DNA of 64,000 nt from Sphaerodactylus townsendi (taxonomy: Eukaryota). Made by a program: the position numbers and the translations under genes. Shown here in pieces: positions 27,147 through 39,575 of this stretch (its first letter is position 1; each line of letters begins with the position of its first letter). The DNA lies in the NCBI RefSeq assembly GCF_021028975.2, contig NC_059426.1, positions 88,598,001 through 88,662,000 of the forward strand, written 5' to 3'. The notes beneath the pieces are model-generated. The model was not told the DNA's origin. It saw only the letters and a program-made list of their open reading frames with translations, and searched no databases.

Positions 27147-29761
27147 CAGGGGCGTACCTAGGTAAGCTAGGCCGAGGGGGACTGAAAAACTTCCTGAGTT
27201 TGGCCCACGACACCGGCTCACAAACACCTCCACTCCCATCAAAACATGCATGGCTCTCTCCCCACCAACTGTTTCTAATTTCCTAATCACAACAACCCTA
27301 TGAGGGTAGGTTGTTAGCCTGGTAACTCCAAGCCAGTGCAAAGTGGGTATTAAGCATGTAAATCTCTCTCACAAATCACCCCAGCAAAACATTTACCAAA
27401 CAAATGTCCAGCATCATCTCGAAGTGGAATCCACCCCAAACAGCATCACTTTCAATGAGGTGTTTTAGGCAGGGAGCTCAGATTCTTCTTTTAAATCTAC
27501 CTTAAAGGGGAGAATCTGGGGTCCCCGGTTAAAACAAATGGAAAGTGATGCTGTTAAAGGTGATCCTGAAACAGCATCACTTTTGAGGTTGGAGATTCAG
27601 ATGGGAAACAAATAGCAGATTGACTTTGGAATCTGGGCAAATTTGGGCACATTAGGATAAGAATTGTCGATTATGTCCTCTGCAGAAATATGAACAAATC
27701 ACGAATGCAATGTATTTGGGTTTGGGGGTATTTTTTTTGGTGGTTTTGGCCTGCAGGGGTGCATTTTTTAAAAGCTAGCAGCACCATGATTTCAGGGCAT
27801 CATCTAGAGATTGCCACAGTAATTACCACCGAGTTTGGCGATGTTTGGTTCAGGAGCAGCAAGTTATGGGCCGCCCAAAATGGGGGAATACCCCCCCATC
27901 CCCATTGTTTTCCAGTAGGGCTAACTGAGATGGGGGGGCTACCATTTGAGGACCGCCAGCGAGGGTCCCCAAATCATAAACTGCAAACCTGGTGGAATCA
28001 TAGAAATAGTTACCAGATGATACCCTGAAATTTTGATTGTGTCACTAAGCTTTAAAATACATCCCTTCCAGGCTTTTAAAATTTTAAGATTCTTTGTTTG
28101 CAGTGACTGCTCCATTGTAGCTAATGAGGGAATTTCTGAGGCAGGCTGCACATTTGAAGATAGAGGCACTAGACATTCAAGGTGGCTCCAGGAAGCCCTC
28201 CTGGTAATAGCATCAGGTTTAGAGACCTTTGCTTCTGAGGATTGTGCATGGGCCCCAAAGGCTTATTTTGTTTCCCTGCTCCCTGCACATGAAGCCTGCT
28301 GGCTGGAGTTCTTTCTGGGGCTTCTCAAGCCCCACCCACCCCAAAGCAAAGCTCACCAAGCTTGAATCGCTCATTACTCAAGGTCTCTTGGAGCCACCTT
28401 GAAAGTCTGGGCAGCCCTCACTATCTTCAAAAATGTGTGGTCACTGTACACACTCAGAAATTCCCAGAATCTGCCAGGCTTTTCAGCAAGTTCTGTGGTG
28501 GGAAAATTATTTTTCCACCGCCAAGACGCTTCCAATAAGGACTTTTCTGTTATGCCCAGCTCTGTGGTGGAGGTTTCCGGCAGGAGGCACTGTGGTAGTG
28601 GTCTTTTCTCTGGCCGGGGGGCACTTATTTCCTGCAGGGCTGCTTGGTGCAGTCCTGAAGGAACCAGCCAACTTGCTAAAGTTGCTTGTGGTGGCCGATG
28701 CTGTGGGCATCAGGTTCACCTTCAGCTTCGGTGCCCACAGCATTTCCTCTTCCACACACATTTTGCTTAAGTGGTTCCTTTCAGGAGACTCACACCAGCA
28801 GCTACAGAATGCCCCACCCAGAGCAAGATCCCAACCCCTACACGTTGCCTCCTGTTGAAACCTCTACCACCCAGAGCCATCTGGGCATAACCCAGCCCAT
28901 TAGAGTCTATGGTGGGAAAAGTCATTTTTTCCCACCACAGAGCCTTCTGAAAGAGCCTGGCAGATTCTGGGGAATGTCTGTGTAAATTCTGCCTGCACAT
29001 TTTTTGAAGATAGGCCAGACTTTCAAGGTGGCTTAAAGGGCGCTGAGTAATAGCATCCAAGCTTGGTGAGCTTTGCTTCTGGAGTGGGGGGGGGGGGGGG
29101 GAGTTGAGAGGAGTTCGAGGGAACTCAAAGCCCACAGGCTCATGTGCGGGGCGGAAACAAAATAAGCCTTTTGGAGGCCTAAGAATTGAACTAGAAGCAA
29201 AGGTCACCAAACCTGGATGCTATTACCAGGAGGCCTCCTGGAGCCACCCTGAAAGTCTGGTGCCTCTATGTTTAAAATGTGCAGCCTGCCTACACACTCA
29301 GAAATTCCCCATTGGCTACAATGGAGCCAAAGAATCACTGCCGAGAAACAAAGTCTTCTTTCAAGCCCCTATTGCCAGAGATTAACCCTGGAGAAATTTT
29401 AAAGCTAGTGACACCAAGAATACGGTATCATCTGATAACTATTCTTATGATTCCACAAGTTTGGTGAAGTTATGTTTAGAGAGGGACCAGATATAGTCCC
29501 TCGATGAGTAACCATTAACAATAATTACAGGGTCCATAACTGGACCTGAACCAAACATCACCAAATTTGGGTGGTATCATCAGGACAGACTCTAGATAAT
29601 ACCCTGAAATTTTGGTGCCGCTAATATACAATTGCGCCCCTGCCGGAACGTGAAAAAACACTTTTTGGAATTTTAAAACACAAACGACCTGAAATGTTGG
29701 CCCCACGTGACCAAATGGGGGCGCCGGGGCCAGGGTACTGTCCTAGGTAGGAACGCCACTT
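27147..29761. mobile_element. Large non-autonomous hAT-type element with internal repeats
   Basis: Ends caggggcgtacctagg ... cctaggtaggaacgccact; near-TSD agttccag / aggtccag; multiple copies of the accaaacttgg/cctgaaatttt module. Confidence 0.7.
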
Positions 29762-31578
29762 TTCAAGGTCCAGGGTGATTATTGTAATCCATCCTCATAC
29801 AGCTTCCAGGGCAATAACTGCCTGTCCTTCTTAGCCCTCCTTAGAAAGTGCAGTATTGTGAACATATATTAAGAGTATCATTCACAGGATGAGGCAAGAG
29901 TAGATTTCATTAGTAAGATACTGCATTAGTAAACAATAGCTATTTTCAAGAGAAGGGTACAATTATAAAAAGTACAGTTTGAAGCTCTTGTTTTATGTAT
30001 TGAATTGTAAATTTAGAATGAAAAGAAAAAGTTTCTCTCTTACATTTGCACGCAGTGAGAATTTACCATAATAGATGTTACACACACTACATATTTTGTA
30101 TTCTTAATGCACAAGGATACTTTTACCATCAAAAGTAATTAATTTTCTATTGAAACATCTTTAATTTAAAATCATATTGTCAGCAACAAAAATGTAGTAC
30201 AACATTAAAGGTGCAATACAAAAATGCCAGTCTTGAACTGGTGATTGTGTTTCCTTTCATTCTTTCATTCTTTCTGCACAGCACTGGGAAAACAAGTTCA
30301 CAAAGAACGCCTTTATAACTAGCAAACAATGCACTCTTCCATTCTTATGAGTAGATTCCAATTGTAGAATGAAGACAGGAGGATGTAGAATGAATTTGTT
30401 CAATCATATATTTCCTCATTTTGATACATTTACACTGCATTCCTAGAACCACTTTCCTGGGTGTAATCCCTGCTGAATAAACTAAAGTAGTATACTGAGT
30501 CAACCTGTTTAGGATTGTTCTCTTGCACATTCCAATCACCTGCAGAATTTAAGTAAACACTCAGTAACCAGAAACCAACAAGCCACAGCCAAATTAGTCC
30601 CCTAAATGTAATCTCATCATTGCCAAGAGCTTCGATCTGATCTCTTTAAGTGAGCAGAAACGTTCCTGAAAGTATCTATCCCTTGCATTAAAGTACTTCA
30701 CATGAGAAAAAAAAAACAAGCAACCCCAACACAAGAGTCAGCAAAGAGTCCAAAAGATCTATTATTCCAGGGAGGGAAAAGTTCACCGCTGCTTCTGCAA
30801 AGGCAGCTGCTGAGGCATGACATCATTCTTCAGAGCCTGGGATCCCAAACTCTCCCTCCGACATTCGGCTCTGAAAAACCACCAGCCACACACAAGGCAA
30901 AGGTACAGCCACGAGAGAGGAACATTTTCATTACCTGCCACATGGAGCAGTTCTCTTGCCACGCCATTCTTGAGTTTGGATTTCCCAGACAAAACGTAGT
31001 CCTATTAGCTAAGGGACGGGAAAGGCAGCGCGTCCGGGTCGAACACCCCCTGCTGCTTCCCTCCACTCCTTCCCAAAACTTTTCACAGCACGGCGAGGAT
31101 TTCAGGCAAAACGACTGCGGGGAGAGTAGACAGACTGGCCGGGTCAGTTGTCATGGAGATCACTCTCACTAACCCCACAGGCTCGCTCGTGGCTGGCCTC
31201 CCTCTCACGCGCGCACACGCTCGCCATTCTTCTGGAAAGCATCCACGAAACAGCCTGCCTTTTTCATCCCCGCTTTCAAGCATTCTGCCCCTCCTCCATA
31301 GCTCCCTCAAGCCGGCCCAAGGAAACGCACTCGGCTTTCCAACTGATTGTTGCAGCTAGAGAAAGAGAAGTTTGTGACATCATATTGAAGGTACTTTCCG
31401 CCGAGAAGGAGTGCACGGACAGGTTTGGTTGCAAACATTATGCAATAAAGCGGAGGCCGCTTCACGGAGGCTGTAGGGTCATCTGACATTCAGAGTTTCA
31501 GAGCTGCATCTCAAGGGCGGACTTGAAATGTAATAGCAAGGGCTGGAGGATGACTCTCGGGATAGCTAAATGGCTTAC

Positions 31579-31670
31579 CTTGTAGTTTTACACAAAACGC
31601 TGGCCGGCTGCTTTAATTTCTGCAGAGATTCATTTTGGTCAGACAGGGGACCCTGGCTTGTTTCATCTTT
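31579..31670 (-). CDS. Candidate 92-bp exon (KDETSQGPLSDQNESLQKLKQPASVLCKTT), possibly near a gene 3' end
   Basis: Strong acceptor ttttcttcttcattgcag| and donor AAG|gtaagc; only one frame open. Downstream 31356-30150 looks UTR-like, with ATTAAA on the minus strand near 30160. Confidence 0.45.
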
Positions 31671-34157
31671 CTGCAATGAAGAAGAAAAATGTGAGAAAGG
31701 GTTGTGAAATTTAAAATATAAACCAGAACAATTCATACTTCCCACTGCTTGATACCCACATTCCACACAAGTTATCTTTTCATTTTGGCTGCTCGTTTTT
31801 AGTTACATATGTGCAATCAATTATGTCAATGTGACGGGCATGCAAAACAACAGAGCATCTGGGCAATATTCTATTGCTGAAAATTATTCCATCAGAAACA
31901 AGCAAAAATATTTTTATTGCAAAGTATGCATTTATGAGTTACTAAATTAGTCTCCTGCCTTTTTACTTTTCCACATGGCTGGATTTCCTTATGCCCTTCA
32001 TATCTTACATTGGTCAAGGCTCACAGTAACATTTACACAAACCATCTGAGCAGCTCTTAACGAATATTAACAACTGAAAGTACAAACACATCTAGCAGCT
32101 GTCAGTTTTTGAAAGAACTGCTAATTTCTTCTGAGCTTTTAGACATTTCTTAACCATGGTGTGTATTTTGGGTGTAATTAGATTTACTAGGCCATCATTT
32201 CAAAAATAATAGATTACCATGACACTCAAAAGACCATTCTATGAATATGAGGTTCATAATTATGGTATTCCTGTAAAGCTCTATGGATGTTCTGGTGTTC
32301 TACAAATCTCAGGCTTTCTGGAAATAATGGCCATTCTTTCAAATATATGCACTGTGGCAGATGTTGTAATTAAATAATATTTTGATGGAATGCTAAAAGG
32401 AAAATCAAGGAAAAACTAAAAAAAAAGAAGCAGCACCCTCACATCTATCACATATAAGGCAATCCAGTTTTTATTCTGAAGCTCTGCTTCTTTTCTCTTT
32501 CAAAAGTCATTATGTGAACATCATTCTGACTTTAAAGAGAAATGGCTATTAGTAGATAAACTGAAATACTGGTCCCCAACACCCCAACACCCCACCACAC
32601 TCCTTACATTGTCCTGTACCCATGTAAGCCTCCCATATAATACGAGTTCCGTGCACTTGCAATTCCATCAAGTGATGATGCTGAATCATTGATAACTGCT
32701 ACTACAATATTTCAGGAAGCCAGACAGCTAATGTTCTAGTGCTGGTCAGACAGGGAAGACTCAGGTTAAGATCCTCATTTTGCCCATTGAGAGAACTTGG
32801 GCACTATTATTCAGCCTAACCTATCTCACAGGGCTGTTGTGAGGATGGAGGGTGGAGATTTACCTCACTCTGAAATCCTTAAAAGAAGGGTGAGATAAAA
32901 TCTATCATAATTCCACTGTATGAGTGCTGAGGTCCTATTCTGGAATGCTGTGTTCTGCTATACAGCACAGCATAAGACTGGGGCTGTTTGAAACAGTTTT
33001 CTTCTCCCTGTATCAGATACTATGGTGGATATTGAAACATAATTCAGCTTATAATTCATTTCACATCAGAAAACATTCGGAAAATCAGATTCAAACTGTA
33101 AATGTGTTTTGAAATTATATTAAATATTATTTAAAAGTGTCAATTTAATTATTGCGTTTTCAAGATCTATATTATAATTTGCACTGGATCTCTTTCAGTG
33201 TACACTGAGCACATAAATGAATTAATTTACCCAATACCAATACATATGTAATCATCAGGTAGCTTAAAATCAGAAGGAGACAGACTTGTTGAAACCTTCT
33301 AAACTATAAACTTAATTTCAAGTGCAAATATTTTATATGTCATATTTTAAAGTGATATTTCAAAACTTAGTTAAATCAGTTCCTGTCTAAATGTGTGGCA
33401 GCTCCACACCATGGCAGCCTTGGATGCAACACTCAGAATAAAATAATCCAGATTTAAAAAAAATATTATTCAGAGATGTTGTGGCACCAAAAAGGTCCTT
33501 ATTTGAATTTCATTGAACTTAGTGGGAACTTTGACAGGAATTTAAATGGGAGCAGAGGCAAGGCCAGACCTTTTAAATGTAAGATAGGGCCTGAGAGACT
33601 TCCTTCTTTGGAAAGTTAATTGAAGACATTTGCTGAGGCTTTTAAAAGCTCCATATAAAGCCTCAGAAAATCTGCAAAGTTCTTGATTGTCGTACAGCAC
33701 TACATACACAATACTCCCCCTAGTGGGAATAACAGCTTGACAGAACTGAGTTCTAAAAAGTACATTTCCAGCCTATTTTTCTTTGTTTGCATACCAATCA
33801 TGATATGATCAAAGGTATCAAAAGCCTCATAAATGCCAGACATTTTTGAGGAATACATAATATTACAACTGTAGTAGACTCTTCATTTTCTGTACGTCTT
33901 TAATCTAAATCTTTTTTTTTCCAGGGAAGGGTATATAATCATGTGTCTCAATATATGTCTGCTCAGAATTAAACTTACTCATTCTGTCGAATGTTACAAA
34001 TTCTAACAAATTAATACAGCTCTCTAGTACTGAATGTAATTAGGTTATAGCTTCTCAAGAACCCCTGAGAAGAACCATTGCCATACTGACTGACCTTGAT
34101 CCGTAGAACAGTTTGAATGCAACATCAGGCAGCAGGACCTAAGAAGCTAGAAGCTTA

Positions 34158-34271
34158 GACCCCTTCCACACATGCAGAATAATGCACTTTCCATCCACAC
34201 AGTAAAATCCAGCTGCAAAGTGGATTGAAAGTAGATTGAAAGTGAATTATTCTGCATGTGCGGAAGGGGCC
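34158..34271. mobile_element. Short Harbinger-type MITE
   Basis: gaccccttccacacatgcagaataat / attattctgcatgtgcggaaggggcc; TSD TTA/TGA. Confidence 0.85.
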
Positions 34272-34436
34272 TGAAGTAGATTCCAAAGCTCCTAGTAAAA
34301 GCATCACAGAACAATATTCAGGGAAGGGGAAACATCCATTCATTGAGGAAATGATTACAACTTTGGCAACACAGAGAAAGCTTGAAGAACTGTTTCTATC
34401 CTCTTCCCTTGTCATATTAACTGAATTGGTCTCCAT

Positions 34437-34577
34437 GGCCCCTTCCGCACACGCAAAATAATGAATTTTCAAACCACTTTCACAACTGTTTGCAAGTGGA
34501 TTTTGCCATTCCGCACAGCTTCAAAGAGAACTGAAAGCAGTTTGAAAGTGCATTATTCTGCATGTGCGGAATGAGCC
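34437..34577. mobile_element. Short Harbinger-type MITE
   Basis: ggccccttccgcacacgcaaaataat / attattctgcatgtgcggaatgagcc; TSD CAT/CAT. Confidence 0.88.
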
Positions 34578-35433
34578 CATGTTATTTGGGGGATTAGAAT
34601 TAACAGGGGTTAATAGGTGCAGTATAGCCTGCTGTATTCCTGCCATCCCAAGTTATAGCCTAACAAGCCCAAAGACCAGACCTATTTATTCCATTGCTGT
34701 GATAACATGAAACAGGCAAAAAAAATGACAGTCATAGGAGTCTCAAAAATTCCTGCTTGTCCCCAAAGCAGCCACCTATTCCCATGTTGCTGTTATAAAG
34801 GGTGAGTTAGTAGCCATTTCCTACAGGGCAAATTACTGCACTAGCCAGCCTGGCCCTGTGCCATACTATTATTCTTCATACAGTTAAAACAAAATGGCAT
34901 TTAACAGAAACAGTTAAAAAAATCAATGGTACATGCCAGCCATAAGAAAACAGTGTGCACCACATTTAACCCATTTTATAGTAGTGAGGCAAAGTGAACA
35001 AAAAGGAGGAGGATAAATACACAAATTCAGGCCAAATGTCATCATGTTTCATAATCATTTATTGCATTTTCAAGATAATTCCTTTTTATTCATGAGTTCT
35101 AACATTAATTCATATTTCTATATGTGGCATATTGTTGCCTTCTGCTTTTGAAGAATTTATTTGTTTAGTTATTACTATGGCTCATAAGATCCAAGAGCTA
35201 TCCTTTCCAGAAATTTGAGTGAGAAAGACTGATTGGATTGGATTCCAGTGAACATTCTAATGTAAAATTAATTTTTCTATTAATTTTCAACCAAAATGAT
35301 AATTGGACATACCCATAACTTATGTATCATACTGGTTGCTTATCTCTCCCAAAACCTATCTGAGTCTAACCCCAATTTAAAGAATCTAGTAGGCATCAAA
35401 TAATAGCAAATATTTTTAATCAAATTAATCTAA

Positions 35434-35549
35434 GGCTGATTCCGCATGGGCCAAAAACAGTGGTGTGAAAATGGTGTAAAAGCAGAGAACAAACCCTTTT
35501 GCACCACCATTTTCACCTGACCCTACTGGCCCATGTGCAGAGATCAACC
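35434..35549. mobile_element. Short Harbinger-type MITE
   Basis: ggctgattccgcatgggcc ... ggcccatgtgcagagatcaacc; TSD TAA/TAA. Confidence 0.8.
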
Positions 35550-35576
35550 TAAGGCTTTTGCTTTACGTAATGCAAT

Positions 35577-36138
35577 GGCCGTTTCATGGGCCAAAAGCGG
35601 CCTGGAAGGCGATGCGCCGCCCCGGGCGCGCCGTTTGCACAAGCGGCGCTGCTGAAACGCGGCAATCCGACCTGGCTGCCCTTCCCATCCCCTCAGAGCG
35701 GCGTCCGGGCCGGCCTACAAAACAACCCTTTAAAGGGTTGTTTTTTTTTGAGGGGACAGCGTCTTCCAGGCGGCGCGGTCGCGAACAGCACCGCTTCGAG
35801 GAGTACGCTGTTTCCCCTTCCCTCTCCCACCTACACTCACCAAGCAATGCATTAAGTCCTGCTGGCCTCCTAGAATTCCTCCCTCGCTGATATAGGACCC
35901 GGTGTTGCGGTGTGGGCGAGGCTTAGGAGAGCCAACAAAACACGACTCTTCAACAGAGGCTGAGGGAAGAGGGAGAAGGAAGAGGGAAGAGGCGACTCCC
36001 GTCGCGGAGCAGCGCCTCTCCTATGATGGCCTTTGCTGGGCCATTTCGCCCGCGGCAGCACAGCGAGCGGGCCTCCACCCCCACGCCGGCAGAATTCTTG
36101 CTGGCGTGGGGGCGCATAGAAGCCATGCGGAAACGGCC
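35577..36138. mobile_element. GC/CpG-rich Harbinger-type MITE
   Basis: ggccgtttc... / ...atgcggaaacggcc; TSD AAT/AAT. Same family as 51416-51933. Confidence 0.88.
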
Positions 36139-37274
36139 AATGTTTCTTCTCAGACTGTTTTCTGAATTTTCATATTCAGTTCCATATTCCAACTCTGTAA
36201 CAGTTTTTCAACTATAAGTTCATTGTCAGGTTTCTAACAGATATACACAGATTTACATGCTTTGCGTAATGGGTCTATAAAAGTTTTTTTTTTAAGTAGG
36301 TGGGTCTGAAGTGGCCAAGTCTGGGTCAAGTCTGGCACAAATTTAGGCAATGGGTTAATTGCGAGATAATTTCAAATAATCCATTATATACAAATTCCAT
36401 ACATCTTCCTACCTATAGCTCTGTGCGTATTCTGGAGGAGTTGTTTTAGGGATTTTCTGTATTATTGAGTCACTTCTGGCCCCGAGCTGCTTCAGTTCAT
36501 CCCCTGCTTTCACACATTCTCTTGAACCCTTAGCTTTTGTCTCACATTTTTTCAGGTTCTTTTATCCTGATCTTTTTCTAGCAAATTTGAGTTATGTTTG
36601 TTTGCTTCTGTAATGTTTCCTGCACTTCTGTTGGTTCCACACACTTCTCGCCCAGTTTCCACTGACTGGACCATGACAAGACACCCTGTATTCATTTCCT
36701 TTAACCTCATTAATAAGGATTTTTACTTTTAAAAAAATGTTGGCAAATTTTCAAGTATTTAGGCTTGCCAACTCTGCTTTGGGATATTCCTGGAGATTTG
36801 TAGGTAGAACCTGGGGAGGGCCTGATTTTGGGAGGGAAAAGACCTCAGTATGATATAATGCCATAGAGTACACCCATTTTCTCCAGGTTAACTGATCTAT
36901 GTAGTCTGGAAAACAGCTGTAATTCTGGGAGCTCTTCAGGCCCCACCTGGAGATTGGCAACTTGATGGCACACCCATAGTAATATATTGCTATAAGAAGG
37001 CACAGGATTAATAGTTGTTCTTCCTGTATGCTTGCAGCAATTGGTAACTTTTGCTTTGTCTGCCCTGATTTTTTAAAATGTGTCTTAGGCCATTTGCTTC
37101 TTGTGCTTCTATAAGGCACAGGTGTACCCACTGCTCTTTCTAGCCATTCAAGCTTCATTCTTTCCCTTTTTGATTTTGATATTATCCCCCCCCCCCCCCC
37201 ATGGAAAGAAGGAATTTTTCTCCTGGTGTAGGAAAGTCTTTTTAAAAAATATTCTCTAATGTGCCTGTGGAGGG

Positions 37275-37810
37275 AAGGCACCATGGTAAAACCTGATCTT
37301 GTCGGATCTTGGAAGCTAAGCAGTGTCATTACTTAGATCAGTGGTGGCGAACCTATGGCATGGGTGCCAGAGGTGGCACTCAGAGCCCTTTCTGTGGGCA
37401 CACGTGCACAGAGTTCATCATGGGGGGGGGGCGGAAAATCACACACACACACATCTAGGCTGGCCTGGGCACGATCCTATAAATGGGGCTTGCTTCTGAG
37501 TAAACCCTCCTATGGTCATAATTCACCCATTCGAAGTGTTGCATGGTTGCTTCACAAAGCTTACTCCCGAGTAACACGTGCCTCGGAGCCAACTGTTTTT
37601 TCTAAACTAAAACCTCAGTATTCAGGTTAAATTGCTGTGTTGGCACTGCGATAAATAAGTGGGTTTGGGGTTGCAATTTGGGCACTCTGTCTCGAAAAGG
37701 TTCACCATCACTGACTTAGATGGAAGACCCCCAAGGAAGACTCTGCAAGGGAAGGCAACAGCAAACTACCTCTTCTTCTCACTTAACTCGAAAGCCCTTT
37801 GCTGGGTTGG
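37275..37810 (+). mobile_element. 5S rRNA-derived SINE with a Bov-B/Sauria-like tail, split by a hAT MITE
   Basis: aaacctgatcttgtcggatcttggaagctaagcag...tacttagat|ggaagacc matches the 5S rRNA internal region; tail gggaaggcaacagcaaactacctct. Confidence 0.7.
37339..37713. mobile_element. Non-autonomous hAT (Charlie-like) MITE
   Basis: TIR cagtggtggcgaacct / aggttcaccatcactg; perfect 8-bp TSD acttagat. Confidence 0.92.
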
Positions 37811-39069
37811 ATAATGGGATAGAGTTGTCATAGCTGTGGTGACCTATGGGAGTGCACTCCAAAGAACCCAGTGCTCACATCTCATGCAAATACACAAAAA
37901 GCTAACAGTGAGCAGTCTTCAGAAGTACAATATTTCCATTGACTTCTTCCTCTAAATGTATCATAGAACAGCAGCAGTCTGCCAGGTTGTTTGCCCAATG
38001 TCATATCATAGCATTTATTTACACAGGGTGAACTTAATGGCTAGCTCGGCAGTCGCTTTGAACTGAAAATGCAGTGCAGAGCCACAGCATTTTTTGCGGT
38101 TCCTTTTCATATTCAGCTATAAATGTGAGCTAGGAAGTTTATATAACCTGTGGTGCCTGAGCAGATTGTTATCTTCAAACACTCATTAGGAAGCAGGCTC
38201 TTGAGGTAAAATGCCAGATTAATGTTACTGTTGCTTTGTAAGACATATATTTTCTGTGGTCTACCTCAAGTACTACGTTTATTCTATTCTAGACATACCT
38301 CATACTGGGTTGAGTGTATGATCAAGGGAACTATAAGGTTCTTGCCACTAGTCTCATAAGACGGTGCCTGAAATAAATGCAGATTGTTTTCACTGCAGTG
38401 TGCAGTATCCAAATGGGAAGAGGCGTATGGAAACATGTTGATGAGTCAATGGAAAACACTTGTCCCTTAGAGACCATTTTAGTCTTCACATTCAAACATC
38501 ATTGTATGAGAGCCAAATAGTGCAGATCTGAATATTCTTCCATTTTTATTTTTGAGCCAGAAGTGGTTTTGAGAGGGGATAAATATGTCCTGAAAATAAT
38601 TATGAGATATTCATCTTTCCCCCATCCCTATCTTATTTCCTGCCATTATTTCTTCTTATGGCTACTACTCCTTTCGTCTTCCTTTATTAATCAAATTGAC
38701 AGTTTCAGCCAACTAGATCAGAGTGATGGTAAAAAGCCAATCAGATCTGTCCACATATAACATTAGGAAAATACATGGAAAGAAAAAGGAGAGAGGAAGA
38801 CCAATGTAAATGAAAATGACTTGGTTTGGGGGCTTGCAACCAGTTGCTTCAAACAGGGTTTCTAAGAGGTTGGGAGCTCAGGCAGGGAGGTCAAGGGGAA
38901 GCAACAGAGAATCCCTCTAGTCCAAGTTTTCAGAGAATGGATGTGGAAGCTCCACGTCAGCAAGAGGGGAGATGTGCTGCTATACTCCTGCTATGAAAAT
39001 CTAATCAAATTCAGGCAAGTATCCTATTTCACTTGAAAATATCTTGAAATGACTAAACCAGTTTTGTAG

Positions 39070-39575
39070 GTAGAAACCAAATAGGAGAGCAGGGGCTATC
39101 CAGTGTTTTTCAGGGAGTGGCACATGTATGATTATCTGCCCACTGGGCAGAAATCATGATTGTATGCTCAAGCCATGGAGCTCCTAGCTCTCAGGGAGTA
39201 GGTTCATATCTCTGAGGCTAAGGTTACTGACCTGGAGAAGCTGAGGCAGAGAGAGAAGTTTGGGGATGAGACCCTCAGGGACTTACAAGAACAGTACCAC
39301 TCATACAGTGACAACTCTTCTACTGTTCTGGAGAGTGAGAGTCTTGAAGCCACAGGGCATCAGTCTGAGAAGGAGGGATGTGATCAGTTGGAATGGACCC
39401 CTTCCTTGGGAGATGGATCTTTTGTACTTTTGAGGGTGGGGGAAGTGGGTTTCTGATAGTGGATGTTCAATTATTAAGAATATAGAGAAAGGGGTTCTTT
39501 GATTCCATGGTGACTTGCCTGTCTGATGTGAAGGTTGAAGACATCAAAAGCTGTCTAGATAGGTTAGGATTATTG
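39070..39575 (+). mobile_element. CR1 ORF1 remnant (zinc finger/coiled coil plus start of the SGNH-esterase domain)
   Basis: Degenerate GYPVF..E.HMYDYLPTGQKS..ELLALRE..EAKVTDLEKLRQ, then VTCLSDVKVEDI..LDRL. Confidence 0.7.

Noticed and set aside
36751-37329. 192-aa minus ORF
   Set aside because: Runs through a SINE head, a poly-C tract and a hAT MITE; chimeric and non-coding.
37285-37338. 5S rRNA gene
   Set aside because: Partial, diverged and fused to a LINE-like tail; it is a SINE head.
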